A stretch of 64,000 nucleotides of DNA from Limnohabitans sp. (GTDB lineage Bacteria; Pseudomonadota; Gammaproteobacteria; Burkholderiales; Burkholderiaceae_C), in assembly GCA_036834025.1 (NCBI GenBank), contig DAITOS010000001.1, positions 80,666 through 144,665 on the forward strand, read 5' to 3'. The notes below the pieces were generated by a model. The model ran no database searches. It was not told where the DNA came from and was given only the letters and a program-made list of their open reading frames with translations. The translations under genes and the position numbers were made by a program. Positions 9,190 to 20,610 of the stretch are shown one piece after another. How positions within the stretch are numbered: position 1 is the stretch's first letter; every line of letters begins with the position of its first letter.

Positions 9190-9699
9190 ATGGCTTTATT
9201 GAACATTCTTTGCTACCCCGACCCCCGTTTGTATACAGTTGCTCGATCAGTTGCTGAAGTAACGCCTGCGATAGTTACTTTGATTGATGACATGATTGAG
9301 ACCATGTATGACTCCAACGGCATTGGTTTGGCAGCCACTCAAGTTGATGTACATCAGCGAATAATTGTTATTGATGTCTCTGATAACAGGGACTCCCCCA
9401 TTGTTTTAATAAATCCTGAAATTCTTTGGGCACATCCTGATCGAGTAAAGGGGGATGAGGGTTGTTTGTCTGTCCCAAATACATATGATTTAATTGAACG
9501 CGCTATAGAGGTAAGGGTCGCCGCAATGGATAAAACAGGTCAGACTCGAGAGATTCATGCAAAAGAGTTATTAGCAGTATGCGTACAACATGAAATGGAT
9601 CACTTAGAGGGAAAGGTTTTCGTAGATTATTTGTCTACATTAAAGCGCAATAGAATCAAAACGAAAATGTTAAAACTACAACGTGAACAAAGCCGTTGA
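9190..9699 (+). CDS. def: peptide deformylase
   Basis: 169-aa ORF with the three deformylase motifs [16 protein letters not shown] and HEMDHL. Confidence 0.95.
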   Translation: MALLNILCYPDPRLYTVARSVAEVTPAIVTLIDDMIETMYDSNGIGLAATQVDVHQRIIVIDVSDNRDSPIVLINPEILWAHPDRVKGDEGCLSVPNTYDLIERAIEVRVAAMDKTGQTREIHAKELLAVCVQHEMDHLEGKVFVDYLSTLKRNRIKTKMLKLQREQSR

Positions 9700-10745
9700 G
9701 CCCCGCCATACCCCCACAATCTCTGCCTTGCGCGAATGAGTTACCTCCTTTGAGGGTAATATTTGCAGGTACGCCTGAATTTGCACTGAAGGCACTTGAG
9801 CTTTTACACAGCTCAGAACCTCGCCGTGCAATAGTTGTTGGCGTTCTCTCTCAACCCGATCGCCCAGCGGGTAGAGGGATGAAGTTACAAGCATCGGTCG
9901 TCAAACAATTCGCAATCGATAGCCAAATTCCTTGTTCTCAACCCAGGAGCCTTCGCTTAGACGGGAAATATCCAGAGGATGCAGTTGCGGCTCAAAAATT
10001 CATAATAGATTTAAAGCCAGACGTGATCATCGTTGCTGCTTATGGTCTCATACTGCCCAATTGGGTACTTCAAAGCGCACCCCTGGGATGCTTGAATATT
10101 CACGCCTCACTATTACCCCGTTGGCGCGGCGCAGCCCCTATTCATCGCGCTATTGAGGCAGGAGATTTAAAAACCGGAATTTGTATTATGCAAATGGATC
10201 AGGGTTTAGATACTGGTCCTATATTAATGTCGCAAGAGTTAGAAATTGAGCCATTTGAGACAACGGCTTCAATGCATGACAAACTCGCAACAAGTGGTGC
10301 GTTATTACTTTTAGAAACACTCACCCGTATCAGCAGCTTAAAACCAATAGCCCAATCAACTGACGGGATCATTTATGCGCACAAAATTGAAAAGGCTGAA
10401 ACCTGGATCGATTGGTCGAAAAGCTCAATACAGATTGAGAGAAAGTTAAGGGCGTTTACACCCGCCCCAGGACTTCAATCCTCTTTGAACGGTGAAACAC
10501 TTAAGATTTGGTCTGCAATTAGTTTAAACGACGTCATAACGCTAGATACTGACCCAAAGTCGAGGCCTGGTTCAATCGTAAAAATTTCATCAAACTCAAT
10601 AGATGTTCTAACCGGGGATGGTCTTTTGCGTATTACGGAGTTGCAAAAAGCCGGTGCCAAGCGCTTAGCGGTATCTTCTTTCATCCAGGGGTCTCCGATT
10701 CCTCAGGGCTCTTGTTTTGAATCTGGCTCTCGCCAATTTTCTTAA
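9696..10745 (+). CDS. fmt: methionyl-tRNA formyltransferase
   Basis: Contains [20 protein letters not shown] and [14 protein letters not shown]. The start is uncertain: TTG at 9696 overlaps the def stop, while an in-frame TTG at 9750 would give [11 protein letters not shown]. Confidence 0.88.
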   Translation: MSPAIPPQSLPCANELPPLRVIFAGTPEFALKALELLHSSEPRRAIVVGVLSQPDRPAGRGMKLQASVVKQFAIDSQIPCSQPRSLRLDGKYPEDAVAAQKFIIDLKPDVIIVAAYGLILPNWVLQSAPLGCLNIHASLLPRWRGAAPIHRAIEAGDLKTGICIMQMDQGLDTGPILMSQELEIEPFETTASMHDKLATSGALLLLETLTRISSLKPIAQSTDGIIYAHKIEKAETWIDWSKSSIQIERKLRAFTPAPGLQSSLNGETLKIWSAISLNDVITLDTDPKSRPGSIVKISSNSIDVLTGDGLLRITELQKAGAKRLAVSSFIQGSPIPQGSCFESGSRQFS

Positions 10746-10767
10746 GGCTAATGGGCCAAAGTAATCC

Positions 10768-11517
10768 ATGTTTTTTATAAAAGAAAACTACTCTCACCCA
10801 GCATTCAAAGTGGGCATGAGAGATATCAGCAGTGCCGCTCCAGGTGTAGCGGCTTGGGGGATGATGATTGGTGTAAGTATGATTCAATCCGGTATGAGTG
10901 TGGTTGACTCAGTTGCGATGACTCTGCTTGTCTTCGCAGGAAGCTCTCAACTTGCTGCAATCCCATTGATCGTTGTGGGTGCGCCTCTTTGGGTAATTTG
11001 GGCAACCGCCTTTTGTGTCAACTTGCGCTTTGTCGTATTCAGCGCCCATTTGCGAGGGTATATGATGAGTTGGCCCAGATGGCAAAGACTATGCGCAGCC
11101 TACTTGACGGCAGATTTATCTTATGTCCAGTTTGTCAGACGTTTTCAAAGTCCTTCAACGGAACCTGAGGGGCAACGAGTTGAGCAGGCTTATTTGGCAG
11201 GAAACTGCTTTGTCAACTGGTCAAGTTGGATGATGGCTAGTCTGTTTGGAATAGCATTAGCTCACTACATACCGATTCAATGGGGGCTTGGATTTGCAGG
11301 TGTTTTAGCACTTATTGGAGTCACATGCTCATTGGCCAACTCTTTGCTTAAAGTCATCTCCTGCGTCGCAGGAGGGTGTGTTGCAACAGTTTATTTTTTA
11401 CTCCCCTTAAAGCTCAATATACTTTTAGCAATAATCTGTTCGGTATGTACTTGCCTTTTACTCGAGGAGATTTACATTCGGAATAAAAAATCGAGCACGG
11501 GCGCATCCAATGACTGA
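10768..11517 (+). CDS. azlC: AzlC-family branched-chain amino acid exporter subunit
   Basis: 249-aa polytopic membrane ORF (FAGSSQLAA motif). It overlaps by 8 nt a small AzlD-like ORF. Confidence 0.7.
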   Translation: MFFIKENYSHPAFKVGMRDISSAAPGVAAWGMMIGVSMIQSGMSVVDSVAMTLLVFAGSSQLAAIPLIVVGAPLWVIWATAFCVNLRFVVFSAHLRGYMMSWPRWQRLCAAYLTADLSYVQFVRRFQSPSTEPEGQRVEQAYLAGNCFVNWSSWMMASLFGIALAHYIPIQWGLGFAGVLALIGVTCSLANSLLKVISCVAGGCVATVYFLLPLKLNILLAIICSVCTCLLLEEIYIRNKKSSTGASND

Positions 11518-11854
11518 AGCTTGGAATATGCTGTGCATTTTTGGGCTTGCCTTGATAACCTTAGTCACGCGCTCATTTTTCTTCATATCAGATAAACATT
11601 GGAAATTGCCAGAGGGTGTAGTGCGAGGACTTCAATTTGCACCTATTGCAGCGTTGTCAGCGGTGATATTTCCTGAGATATTTGTCTGGCAAGGTGAGTT
11701 TGCCCTTCCATTAACGAATGCGAAAATCTACGGAGCCCTCGCGGGTGCTGTATTTTTTATTATTAAACGAGGGCAAGGGCAAGCAGTCTTTGGTACGATC
11801 GTGGTGGGTATGTGCGTATACATTCCACTTCATTTAGGTCTCGGTTGGAATTAA
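11510..11854 (+). CDS. azlD: AzlD-family membrane protein
   Basis: 114-aa hydrophobic ORF, translationally coupled to azlC. Confidence 0.65.
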   Translation: MTEAWNMLCIFGLALITLVTRSFFFISDKHWKLPEGVVRGLQFAPIAALSAVIFPEIFVWQGEFALPLTNAKIYGALAGAVFFIIKRGQGQAVFGTIVVGMCVYIPLHLGLGWN

Positions 11855-11887
11855 TTTGTGAAATTCGAGTAATTTTTTATCTTCAAA

Positions 11888-12598
11888 ATGATTAACAAAA
11901 TTGTCAACTCAATATCCGAAGCTATTACCAGTATTCAATCTGGTGCTTCTGTCATGGTCGGTGGCTTTGGAACCGCTGGGATACCCAACGAACTCATAGA
12001 GGGTTTTATTCAGATATTGAATGACAAGGATATCCGAAACCTAACAATCATCAATAACAATGCTGGAAATGGGGACGCAGGTCTTGCAGCCTTGCTTAAA
12101 ACAGAGAGAGTTCAGAAAATTATCTGTAGCTATCCTCGCTCGACTGACTCTTATGTCTTTGATTCTCTCTACAAGGCCGGCAAAATTGAGCTGGAGTTGG
12201 TGCCTCAAGGTAATTTATCTGAACGCATCCGAGCTGCAGGTGCTGGGATAGGAGCATTTTTTACCCCAACTGGCTACGGTACAGAGTTGGCAAAACACAG
12301 CGACGGCACATCCAAAGAGACTCGGGAAATCAATGGTCGAATGTATGTTTTAGAGTATCCCATTCACGCAGATTTTGCGCTCATTAAAGCTTACAAAGGA
12401 GACAGATGGGGCAATCTCACTTACAGAAAATCGGCTCGCAACTTTGGACCCTCTATGGCAATGGCAGCCAAGTGCACAGTAGCCTCTGTTTATGAAATAC
12501 TAGAGCTAGGAGACCTTGATCCTGAGAGTATCGTTACGCCAGGTATTTTTGTGAATAAAATAATTTTAGTCCCAGAGACAAGTCACAAAGTACCATAA
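11888..12598 (+). CDS. scoA: 3-oxoacid CoA-transferase subunit A
   Basis: 236-aa ORF with VMVGGFGTAGIPNELI and an overall CoA-transferase family I alpha subunit pattern. It is paired with the beta subunit. Confidence 0.85.
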   Translation: MINKIVNSISEAITSIQSGASVMVGGFGTAGIPNELIEGFIQILNDKDIRNLTIINNNAGNGDAGLAALLKTERVQKIICSYPRSTDSYVFDSLYKAGKIELELVPQGNLSERIRAAGAGIGAFFTPTGYGTELAKHSDGTSKETREINGRMYVLEYPIHADFALIKAYKGDRWGNLTYRKSARNFGPSMAMAAKCTVASVYEILELGDLDPESIVTPGIFVNKIILVPETSHKVP

Positions 12599-12615
12599 AC
12601 CAAAAGTCTAATTTC

Positions 12616-13263
12616 ATGAATTACAAAACCAGAACAAAAGACGCCATTGCAGCTCTTATCGCTAAAGACATCCCAGCTGGCGCATATGTCAATTTAGGAA
12701 TTGGAATGCCTGTTATGGTTGCAAACCATATACCTGCTGAGTCTGAGGTTTGCCTTCACAGTGAAAACGGTATCTTGGGCATGGGTCCAACTCCTAAAAA
12801 AGGTGAAGAAGATTATGACCTTATCAATGCTGGAAAACAACCAGTAACATTATTAGCAGGCGGCTCATATTTTCATCATACTGATAGTTTTGCAATGATG
12901 AGAGCGGGTCACCTTGACATCTGTGTTCTTGGTGCGTTTCAAGTGTCCACCCATGGGGACCTTGCCAACTGGCACACGGGTCTACCTGAGGATATCCCTG
13001 CTGTTGGTGGAGCGATGGATTTGGCCATAGGGGCAAAACAAACTTGGGTAATGATGGACTTATTAACCAAATCCGGTCAAAGTAAAATCGTTGCTCAGTG
13101 CACTTATCCCCTTACAGGACTTGGCTGTGTTAAAAGAGTTTATACAGATCATGCAACCTTTGAATGTTCCAAAGATGGAATCTCAGTGATCGATACTGTA
13201 GAGGGCCTAAGCATTGCAGAGCTTGAAGGCATTACTGGAATTTCGTTGAAAAGCAAAAATTAA
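12616..13263 (+). CDS. scoB: 3-oxoacid CoA-transferase subunit B
   Basis: 215-aa ORF containing the catalytic-Glu motif LHSENGILG. Confidence 0.85.
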   Translation: MNYKTRTKDAIAALIAKDIPAGAYVNLGIGMPVMVANHIPAESEVCLHSENGILGMGPTPKKGEEDYDLINAGKQPVTLLAGGSYFHHTDSFAMMRAGHLDICVLGAFQVSTHGDLANWHTGLPEDIPAVGGAMDLAIGAKQTWVMMDLLTKSGQSKIVAQCTYPLTGLGCVKRVYTDHATFECSKDGISVIDTVEGLSIAELEGITGISLKSKN

Positions 13264-13279
13264 AAGTTGGAGACTTTGA

Positions 13280-14476
13280 ATGAACATTATTCGCTTTAAA
13301 GATTTATGTGAGGACGGACAAGTTAATGGTAAACGTGTCTTTATAAGAGCCGACATGAACGTCCCAATTGACAAAGACGGTCAAATCACAGAGGACACTC
13401 GTATTAAAGCTTCTATACCCTGCATTCAAATGGCTCTCAAAGCAGGTGCGGCTGTAATGGTCACCTCTCATCTAGGTCGTCCAACAGAGGGGGTGCTAAA
13501 CAAGGAAGACTCTTTAATAAATGTAAGTAAAAGAATGAGTGAGTTGCTCGGCGCTCAAGTGGAGCTTCGAACAGACTGGATTAAAGGCGTCAGTGTTAAT
13601 CCAGGGCAAGTCGTGCTTTTAGAAAATTGCCGTACCAATGTAGGTGAGAAAAAAAATGATTCAACTCTAGCAAAGCAAATGGCTGCACTTTGCGATATTT
13701 ATGTAAATGATGCTTTTGGGACTGCGCACCGTGCAGAGGGAACAACCTACGGCATTGCTGAGTATGCGCCTATTGCTTGTGCAGGTCCTTTGCTATCGGC
13801 AGAAATTGACGCCATCTCCAAAGCCCTAGCTAATCCGAAAAGACCGCTTGTTGCTATTGTTGCTGGATCAAAGGTTTCTACAAAACTAACCATCTTAGAG
13901 TCTCTTGCTGATAAAGTAGATCAACTAATAGTTGGTGGAGGCATAGCCAACACTTTTTTACTAGCAAGCGGACATTCCATTGGAAAAAGCTTAGCGGAAC
14001 CAGGTTTAGTGAATCAAGCGCTCGCTATTATGAAAACAATGAAGTCAAGAGGCGCTGAGGTACCTCTTCCCACTGATGTAGTAGTTGCTAAAGGATTTGA
14101 TGCAAATTCTCCTGCAAGCATTAAATCAATACAAAATATTGAAGATGATGATTTGATTCTAGATATTGGACCTAATACCGCAGAGTCTTTAAGCACTCAA
14201 TTACTTAAAGCGGGGACAATTGTTTGGAATGGGCCTGTAGGTGTTTTTGAGTTTGCTGCTTTTGAAAACGGCACAAAAACCATTGCAAAAGCAATAGCCG
14301 CATCTAAGGCTTTTACGCTTGCCGGTGGCGGAGACACATTGGCAGCAATTGCAAAATATGGAATTGAAAAGAATGTCGACTACATCTCCACCGGAGGAGG
14401 GGCGTTTTTAGAGGTTCTTGAGGGTAAAACTTTGCCTGCGTTTGAAATTTTACTCAAGCGTGCAGAGCACAAATAA
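13280..14476 (+). CDS. pgk: phosphoglycerate kinase
   Basis: 398-aa ORF with [23 protein letters not shown] and GGGDT. Confidence 0.95.
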   Translation: MNIIRFKDLCEDGQVNGKRVFIRADMNVPIDKDGQITEDTRIKASIPCIQMALKAGAAVMVTSHLGRPTEGVLNKEDSLINVSKRMSELLGAQVELRTDWIKGVSVNPGQVVLLENCRTNVGEKKNDSTLAKQMAALCDIYVNDAFGTAHRAEGTTYGIAEYAPIACAGPLLSAEIDAISKALANPKRPLVAIVAGSKVSTKLTILESLADKVDQLIVGGGIANTFLLASGHSIGKSLAEPGLVNQALAIMKTMKSRGAEVPLPTDVVVAKGFDANSPASIKSIQNIEDDDLILDIGPNTAESLSTQLLKAGTIVWNGPVGVFEFAAFENGTKTIAKAIAASKAFTLAGGGDTLAAIAKYGIEKNVDYISTGGGAFLEVLEGKTLPAFEILLKRAEHK

Positions 14477-14492
14477 GCGCTAATTTCTGATT

Positions 14493-14534
14493 AAGGATTG
14501 GTTTTAAGAATAAAACCAATTCCCTTATTTTTTA
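14493..14534. terminator. bidirectional rho-independent terminator (pgk / desaturase)
   Basis: AAGGATTGGTTTT, loop AAGAAT, then AAAACCAATTCCTT (one bulged base), followed by ATTTTTT. It lies between convergent genes. Confidence 0.6.
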
Positions 14535-14539
14535 ATCTT

Positions 14540-15643
14540 TTAATTAGACTCAGCCGCGCTAGATGTAAGAGGATGGGGAACGCTAGTAAAGTGCCCCTTG
14601 TAATCAGTCCAACATTTGTGTGTGAAGTCATATAACTTACAAGACTTAGCAGTTTCAAAGTACCAAGACCAAGAAAAGGGTTGAATAATAATCCGCTCAG
14701 GCAGCAACTCTTCTAGTTTGGATTGGGCTGCTTTGAGCTTGTAAAGAGGGATGCTCATGTCTACGTGGTGTGCAGTGTGCTCCATGATGTGGTGCATCAA
14801 GGCGCCAATTCTGAAGGGAAAGGTCAAATGTACTGTGGTGGACACAAAAGGCTGAGCTTTCGACCAAGCACTCCGGTCGTCATGCCAAGAAACTTTGACA
14901 TGCGTGTGATGAACGTAGACTACGAAACCGATCATTGCGCACCAAAACATAAATGGCACAAAAACCGTGGTGAATAAGACCCACAATACCGACTGATTCG
15001 TCAGTAACGCAGCTGTAATACTAAGAGCCAACCAAACTCCAGCAAACCCACAGACCAATAAATTGTCTTGGATAAAAATTGCTCTTTGTGTTGGCATTTG
15101 CTCCTTGGTAGGAAAAATCATTTTTTTCCACCAAATCTCGATCATGTAGTAGATCCCTGGGGCCCAGCCGCTTCTGTAAAGACGGTCACGCATACGTGAC
15201 AAAAAGCCTAGTTGAGAATATTCTTCTTTGGTTAGAGGGGCCCAAACAAAATCAAACCCTTTTAGATTGGTGTAACCGTGATGCACAACATTGTGCCCAA
15301 TATCCCACAAACTAAAGGGAGTGAGAGAAGGCAAAAATGCAATGCGGCCTAGCCATTTGTTCAGTGTACGGTGGGGGGTAAGACTTTGATGACAGGCGTC
15401 ATGCCCAATAATAAATAGGCGTCCAATACAAAATCCAGCGGCAATGGAGCATAAAAGCTGCTGCCAAGCTGCATCAAACAAAACAGCACCCGCCATAAAG
15501 CCAGCCCAGACAATATAGTCCACTACTAACATTGTTAAAGCATTAAGGGTTGTTTTTGCCGACAATGGAAGTAGCCACTCGCGGATTATCTTCCTGTGCG
15601 GTATTGGCTCCCCAGGAGGAATTGGTAATTCAGGTGAATTCAT
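14540..15643 (-). CDS. membrane fatty acid desaturase
   Basis: 367-aa ORF with the three His boxes HDACH, HNVVHH and HTAHH, plus TM segments. Confidence 0.85.
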   Translation of the reverse strand: MNSPELPIPPGEPIPHRKIIREWLLPLSAKTTLNALTMLVVDYIVWAGFMAGAVLFDAAWQQLLCSIAAGFCIGRLFIIGHDACHQSLTPHRTLNKWLGRIAFLPSLTPFSLWDIGHNVVHHGYTNLKGFDFVWAPLTKEEYSQLGFLSRMRDRLYRSGWAPGIYYMIEIWWKKMIFPTKEQMPTQRAIFIQDNLLVCGFAGVWLALSITAALLTNQSVLWVLFTTVFVPFMFWCAMIGFVVYVHHTHVKVSWHDDRSAWSKAQPFVSTTVHLTFPFRIGALMHHIMEHTAHHVDMSIPLYKLKAAQSKLEELLPERIIIQPFSWSWYFETAKSCKLYDFTHKCWTDYKGHFTSVPHPLTSSAAESN

Positions 15644-15671
15644 ATTGTGGATCTCTCAAATTCGTTTTAGC

Positions 15672-15708
15672 TTAAACGTGGATGTGCCTTAAGCACACAG
15701 CCGTTTAA
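15672..15708. promoter_or_regulatory. nested inverted repeat in the desaturase leader / divergent promoter region
   Basis: The outer arms TTAAACG (15672-15678) and CGTTTAA (15702-15708) enclose TGTGC-CTTAA-GCACA (15683-15697). The element lies about 30-65 nt upstream of the desaturase start. Confidence 0.25.
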
Positions 15709-15949
15709 AATTTATGTCTTATTGTAACCATCATGCTGTAGAAATGGAAGTTTGTGCTTATAGCCTTTTAATTTGTAATTGCATTGCAGTGTTTTGAAGC
15801 CCAGATCAGCACTTTGCTAACGTATCACGCCCTTGTAAGCGGTACAAACAAATGATTCAAATACTGAATTAACAGGGCTGTTTACCCGAGTACTTTTTGT
15901 CATCATTTCATGTGAAAATCATCATTTTTACTGGCTCTAGGTTATAAAA

Positions 15950-17386
15950 ATGAAGACACGTCGCGCAACCAAAATCGTTGCAACTCTTGGCCCCGCATCA
16001 AACGATCCTGCGTTATTAGAAAAAATGATTCTTGCTGGGGTTAATGTAGTTCGCTTGAACTTTAGTCACGGCAAACCGCAAGATCACATTGATATGGCAA
16101 AAAGGGTCAGGGACATATCAGCTAAAACCGGTATTGAGGTGGCCATCATGGCGGATCTGCAGGGTCCAAAAATTAGGGTTGGTAAATTTGCCGATGGCTT
16201 TGTCATGTTGAAAGGGGGCGAAAGTTTTATCTTAGATGCGTCACGGGAGCCTCTAGGCGATATCGGCGGAGTGGGGCTGGACTATAAAGAGTTGCCACAA
16301 GACGTTCGCTCAGAAGACGTTTTACTACTCAATGACGGAATGATTGTTTTAAAAGTTGAGAAAGTAATTGGCGAACAAATTCACACCAAAGTCATTACTG
16401 GAGGGAAGCTATCAAACAACAAGGGCATCAATAAACAAGGCGGCGGGCTCAGCGCTGCAGCACTTACATCCAAGGATATGGAGGACATCAAAACCGCGAT
16501 GAGCTTTCAAGCAGATTACGTTGCTGTTAGTTTTCCCAAAAATGCAACAGATATGGAAATGGCTCGCCAACTCACAACCGTTGCTGCGGCTCCGTTTAAG
16601 CACAAACCCGGGTTGATCGCAAAAATTGAACGCGCGGAGGCTATTCCTAACTTAGAAGAGATTTTGAGGGCAAGTGACGGCATCATGGTCGCCAGGGGGG
16701 ACTTGGCCGTTGAAGTGGGAAATGCGACAGTTCCAGCACTTCAGAAAAGAATGATCAAACTAGCCCGAGAAGCTGATAAATTGGTGATAACTGCAACTCA
16801 AATGATGGAGAGCATGATCTCCAACCCCTCCCCAACTAGGGCCGAGGTTAGCGATGTTGCAAATGCTGTTCTGGACGGCACGGACGCGGTGATGTTGAGC
16901 GCGGAGACTGCAGCGGGCAGCTTTCCCCTTGAAACGGTCGAGCAGATGGCACAAATCTGTGTCGCAGCTGAAGCGGCTGAAGTCGTCGAGCTTGATAACG
17001 ACTTTCTCGGTAAAACTTTTACTCGAATAGACCAAACTATTGCCTTAGGTGCATTGTTTACTGCTCACCACCTTGGAGCTAAAGCATTGATTGCGCTGAC
17101 TGAGTCTGGATCTACGCCTTTGTGGATGAGTAGGCACAAAATTCATATCCCGATCTACGCCCTCACCCATAAATTAAGCACTCAACGCAAAATGGCCTTA
17201 TTTAGGAATGTAGATGCTTTACTGCTTGATACAAGCCTTGATAGAGACACTGCACTAGCTCAAGCGGAAAAGCACCTTAAAACGCAAAATATTTTTCAAA
17301 AAGGTGATGTTTATGCCATTACTTGCGGGGAGCCTATGGGGTCTCCAGGGGGTACAAATATGCTCAAAATTAGTGAAGTTTCTTAA
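15950..17386 (+). CDS. pyk: pyruvate kinase
   Basis: 478-aa ORF with RATKIVATLGPAS, NFSHG, MVARGDLAVE and MLSAETA. Confidence 0.93.
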   Translation: MKTRRATKIVATLGPASNDPALLEKMILAGVNVVRLNFSHGKPQDHIDMAKRVRDISAKTGIEVAIMADLQGPKIRVGKFADGFVMLKGGESFILDASREPLGDIGGVGLDYKELPQDVRSEDVLLLNDGMIVLKVEKVIGEQIHTKVITGGKLSNNKGINKQGGGLSAAALTSKDMEDIKTAMSFQADYVAVSFPKNATDMEMARQLTTVAAAPFKHKPGLIAKIERAEAIPNLEEILRASDGIMVARGDLAVEVGNATVPALQKRMIKLAREADKLVITATQMMESMISNPSPTRAEVSDVANAVLDGTDAVMLSAETAAGSFPLETVEQMAQICVAAEAAEVVELDNDFLGKTFTRIDQTIALGALFTAHHLGAKALIALTESGSTPLWMSRHKIHIPIYALTHKLSTQRKMALFRNVDALLLDTSLDRDTALAQAEKHLKTQNIFQKGDVYAITCGEPMGSPGGTNMLKISEVS

Positions 17387-17484
17387 CTTTTGAGCTCCAA
17401 CTCTCCAAGAATTATCTTAATAGGTCTTGTAGAATTAAAATAAGTACACAAAATTCCTAAACCTTTTTCACTTCAAATACTCAT

Positions 17485-18549
17485 ATGCCACTCGTCTCTT
17501 TACGCGAACTACTCGATCATGCCGCTGAAAATACTTATGGAATTCCAGCCTTCAATGTTAACAATCTTGAACAAGTTCAAGCCATTATGGACGCTGCGAA
17601 TGAAACAGGAGCTCCGGTGATCATGCAGGCAAGTGCTGGAGCCAGAAAATATGCTGGTGAAGGTTTTTTAAAACACTTAATTCAAGCGGCTGTTGAGACG
17701 TATCCTCACATTCCAGTTGTTATGCACCAAGACCATGGGCAAAGTCCAGATATCTGTTCAGGTGCGATTGATTTAGGATTTAGCTCAGTGATGATGGACG
17801 GCTCATTAATGGCAGATGGAAAAACCATTGCCTCTTATGAATACAACACTGATGTTACTAAAAAGGTTGTCCAAATGGCCCACAAGCTAGGTGTGAGCGT
17901 TGAAGGCGAGCTAGGCTGTCTGGGCAGTCTGGAGACGATGAAGGGCGACAAAGAGGACGGACACGGCACAGATGCCACAATGACCAGGGAACAACTCTTA
18001 ACAGACCCTGAGCAAGCAGCAGATTTTGTAAAGAACACCCAAGTCGACGCTCTTGCAATTGCAATTGGGACCAGCCACGGAGCTTACAAATTCTCTCGCA
18101 AACCTACCGGTGACATCCTAGCAATTGAACGTATTAAAGAAATTAATCGACGTATCCCCAATACCCACTTGGTAATGCACGGGTCATCGTCTGTCCCCCA
18201 AGATTTGCTAGCAAAAATTCGCGAGTTTGGTGGGAACATGAAGGAGACCTACGGGGTACCTGTAGAAGAAATTCAGCATGCAATCAAATTCGGCGTAAGA
18301 AAGATTAACATTGACACGGACATACGTTTGGCCATGACGGCGGCAGTACGTGAGTTTTTCAATAAAAACCCAGAGAAATTTGATCCTCGAGAGTTTTTGA
18401 AGCCCGCCAGAGAGGCCGCAAAAATTTTGTGCAAACAGCGCTACATTGAATTTGGGTGTGAAGGTCAGGGACCTAAAGTCAAAGGTCAATCATTATCAGT
18501 CATTGCGTCTAAATATGCGAGCGGCGCACTCGCGCCAGTGGTTCAATAA
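17485..18549 (+). CDS. fba: class II fructose-bisphosphate aldolase
   Basis: 354-aa ORF with [22 protein letters not shown] and an overall class II (CbbA/FbaA-type) pattern. Confidence 0.93.
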   Translation: MPLVSLRELLDHAAENTYGIPAFNVNNLEQVQAIMDAANETGAPVIMQASAGARKYAGEGFLKHLIQAAVETYPHIPVVMHQDHGQSPDICSGAIDLGFSSVMMDGSLMADGKTIASYEYNTDVTKKVVQMAHKLGVSVEGELGCLGSLETMKGDKEDGHGTDATMTREQLLTDPEQAADFVKNTQVDALAIAIGTSHGAYKFSRKPTGDILAIERIKEINRRIPNTHLVMHGSSSVPQDLLAKIREFGGNMKETYGVPVEEIQHAIKFGVRKINIDTDIRLAMTAAVREFFNKNPEKFDPREFLKPAREAAKILCKQRYIEFGCEGQGPKVKGQSLSVIASKYASGALAPVVQ

Positions 18550-18568
18550 AATACGTACATATTTAGTG

Positions 18569-18603
18569 TAGGCGTCACCCAAAAGTGGCGCCTATTTTTA
18601 TTT
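18569..18603 (+). terminator. rho-independent terminator after fba
   Basis: TAGGCGTCAC, loop CCAAAA, then GTGGCGCCTA (10 bp with one G-U pair), followed by TTTTTATTT. Confidence 0.8.
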
Positions 18604-18629
18604 AATCATTTATAAATAATTTCTCCCCT

Positions 18630-19538
18630 ATGTCTGTCGCTTTGCACTCCTCAAATCTGAAATCACTGCCCCTTCTTGCTAGAGGAAAGGTTAGGGACAA
18701 CTACGCAGTTGGAGAAGACAAAATATTAATGGTTGCTAGCGATCGAATTAGTGCATATGATGTAGTAATGGGCGAGGCCATACCAGGCAAAGGGGCACTG
18801 TTAACCCAGATGGCTTTATTCTGGTTTGACAAGCTTGGACCTAAAGGTTTGAACATTTGTCCAAATCATCTCACAGGTGAAGATCCAACCCAGTTTGTAA
18901 GCCAAGAAGAGACCGAACAAGTACTGGGTCGATCGATGCTCGTAAAGCGTTTAACTCCACTGCCTATTGAGGCTGTTGTGAGGGGGTATTTGGCAGGAAG
19001 TGGTTGGAGTGAGTACCAAATAGGACAAAATGTCTGTGGTGTTCCTTTGCCCGCGCATTTACAAAATGCATCTCGGCTCAGTGATCCCATTTTCACTCCT
19101 GCTGCTAAAGCGGAGGCGGGCGAACATGACGAGAACATTACTTTTAATCAAGTAGTTGATAAAGTAGGACTAGCTTTAGCGAACAAAGTCAGGGAATACA
19201 GTATCAATTTGTATCTTGCTGCCAGTGAGATCGCTGCAAAAGCTGGGATCATAATTGCAGACACCAAATTTGAATTTGGACTTGATCATGACGGAACTCT
19301 GGTCTTAATGGATGAGATCCTCACCCCGGACTCCTCAAGGTATTGGCCTGCTGAGGATTACAAAGTTGGCTCAAACCCACCTAGTTTTGACAAGCAGTTT
19401 TTAAGAGATTGGCTAAATACCTGCACTGTTAATGGATTGCCTTGGAATAAAACCCCTCCTGCACCACCCCTCCCACAGGACATAATCTTGAAAACAGCAG
19501 AAAAATACCAGGAAGCCTGGATACGACTTAGCAAGTAG
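18630..19538 (+). CDS. purC: phosphoribosylaminoimidazole-succinocarboxamide synthase
   Basis: 302-aa ORF with [15 protein letters not shown] and ADTKFEFG. Confidence 0.93.
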   Translation: MSVALHSSNLKSLPLLARGKVRDNYAVGEDKILMVASDRISAYDVVMGEAIPGKGALLTQMALFWFDKLGPKGLNICPNHLTGEDPTQFVSQEETEQVLGRSMLVKRLTPLPIEAVVRGYLAGSGWSEYQIGQNVCGVPLPAHLQNASRLSDPIFTPAAKAEAGEHDENITFNQVVDKVGLALANKVREYSINLYLAASEIAAKAGIIIADTKFEFGLDHDGTLVLMDEILTPDSSRYWPAEDYKVGSNPPSFDKQFLRDWLNTCTVNGLPWNKTPPAPPLPQDIILKTAEKYQEAWIRLSK

Positions 19539-19575
19539 TCGTGATCTGTTCCTAAATTCTCTTAAAACTCGCTAT

Positions 19576-20532
19576 TTAGTTAAGCGCCATACTGAGTTTT
19601 CTACGGTATTTTGAGACCAATTCTGCTTGAGGATCTTTAGTTGCTGTGCTGTTGCCAGTAAGCTCAATGCCCCCTGCAGATTTGTTATTCATCGACTCGG
19701 TAGCTTTGGGTTTTGAAGGACTCATTAATTCCAAAATCGCAACGTATGTTTTTCTTGCAATTTCTTTCTCCCAAACCTTGTCTCGCATAATGATCTCCAA
19801 CAACTCCTCCATTGCTTGAGTCATCTCCCCCGATGCGATTAAAACCCGGGCTTTTGCTAGCCGGGTGTCAAAGTCTCTTTTATTGGCTGAAATTAAAGTG
19901 TCAAACTGCTCCATTTTCCAGTCGCCTCTTTTGTCCTTTGTGGCAAAAACCAGAGCTTCTAGCCAATGATTTAGAGCATCAAATCTAAGTTGCAATGGAA
20001 TTTGAGCCAAGGAAGGAGCCAATGCTCTGCGCGCAGCGTCTAAATCGCCAATAGAAATTAATAATTTAACGTAGTCATAACGGGCTTCGTCATTGGCGGG
20101 ATTTATTGCTAATGCCTCTTGTAGTTTGGATAAAGCGGCATTAGTGTCGCCTGCCTCAAGAAGCTCTTCTGCTAACTCTAGGTCCTCTTGGACGACCAAA
20201 TCGGCGTCTGAAGGCAAGTGTTTATCTAAAAACTCTTTGACTTTGGACTCAGGCAACGCGCCCATGAAGCCGTCTAATGGACGGCCATCCTTCATTAAGA
20301 CACACGTTGGAATACTTCTCACTCCAAAAGCGGCGGCAAGTTGCTGTTGATCATCAGAATTGATTTTGACAAGTTTGAAGCGTCCACCATAATCGACCTC
20401 CAGTTTTTCTAAAACTGGGCCCAACGATTTGCAAGGCCCGCACCAAGGAGCCCAAAAGTCAACCAAAACTGGGGTTTTTGAGGATTCTTCAATTACGTCA
20501 GACTCAAAATTTTCTTCTGTTACATCTATCAT
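19576..20532 (-). CDS. thioredoxin-domain / TPR co-chaperone (YbbN/CnoX family)
   Basis: 318-aa ORF. It has an N-terminal thioredoxin fold with an intact WAPWCGPCK motif and a C-terminal TPR-like helical region. Confidence 0.75.
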   Translation of the reverse strand: MIDVTEENFESDVIEESSKTPVLVDFWAPWCGPCKSLGPVLEKLEVDYGGRFKLVKINSDDQQQLAAAFGVRSIPTCVLMKDGRPLDGFMGALPESKVKEFLDKHLPSDADLVVQEDLELAEELLEAGDTNAALSKLQEALAINPANDEARYDYVKLLISIGDLDAARRALAPSLAQIPLQLRFDALNHWLEALVFATKDKRGDWKMEQFDTLISANKRDFDTRLAKARVLIASGEMTQAMEELLEIIMRDKVWEKEIARKTYVAILELMSPSKPKATESMNNKSAGGIELTGNSTATKDPQAELVSKYRRKLSMALN

Positions 20533-20610
20533 AGGTAATACTCGATCATTGAAACCGTAAAATCAATATTTATTGCCATTTTGTTGGCATAACAAAAATT
20601 CTCTTTTAAT

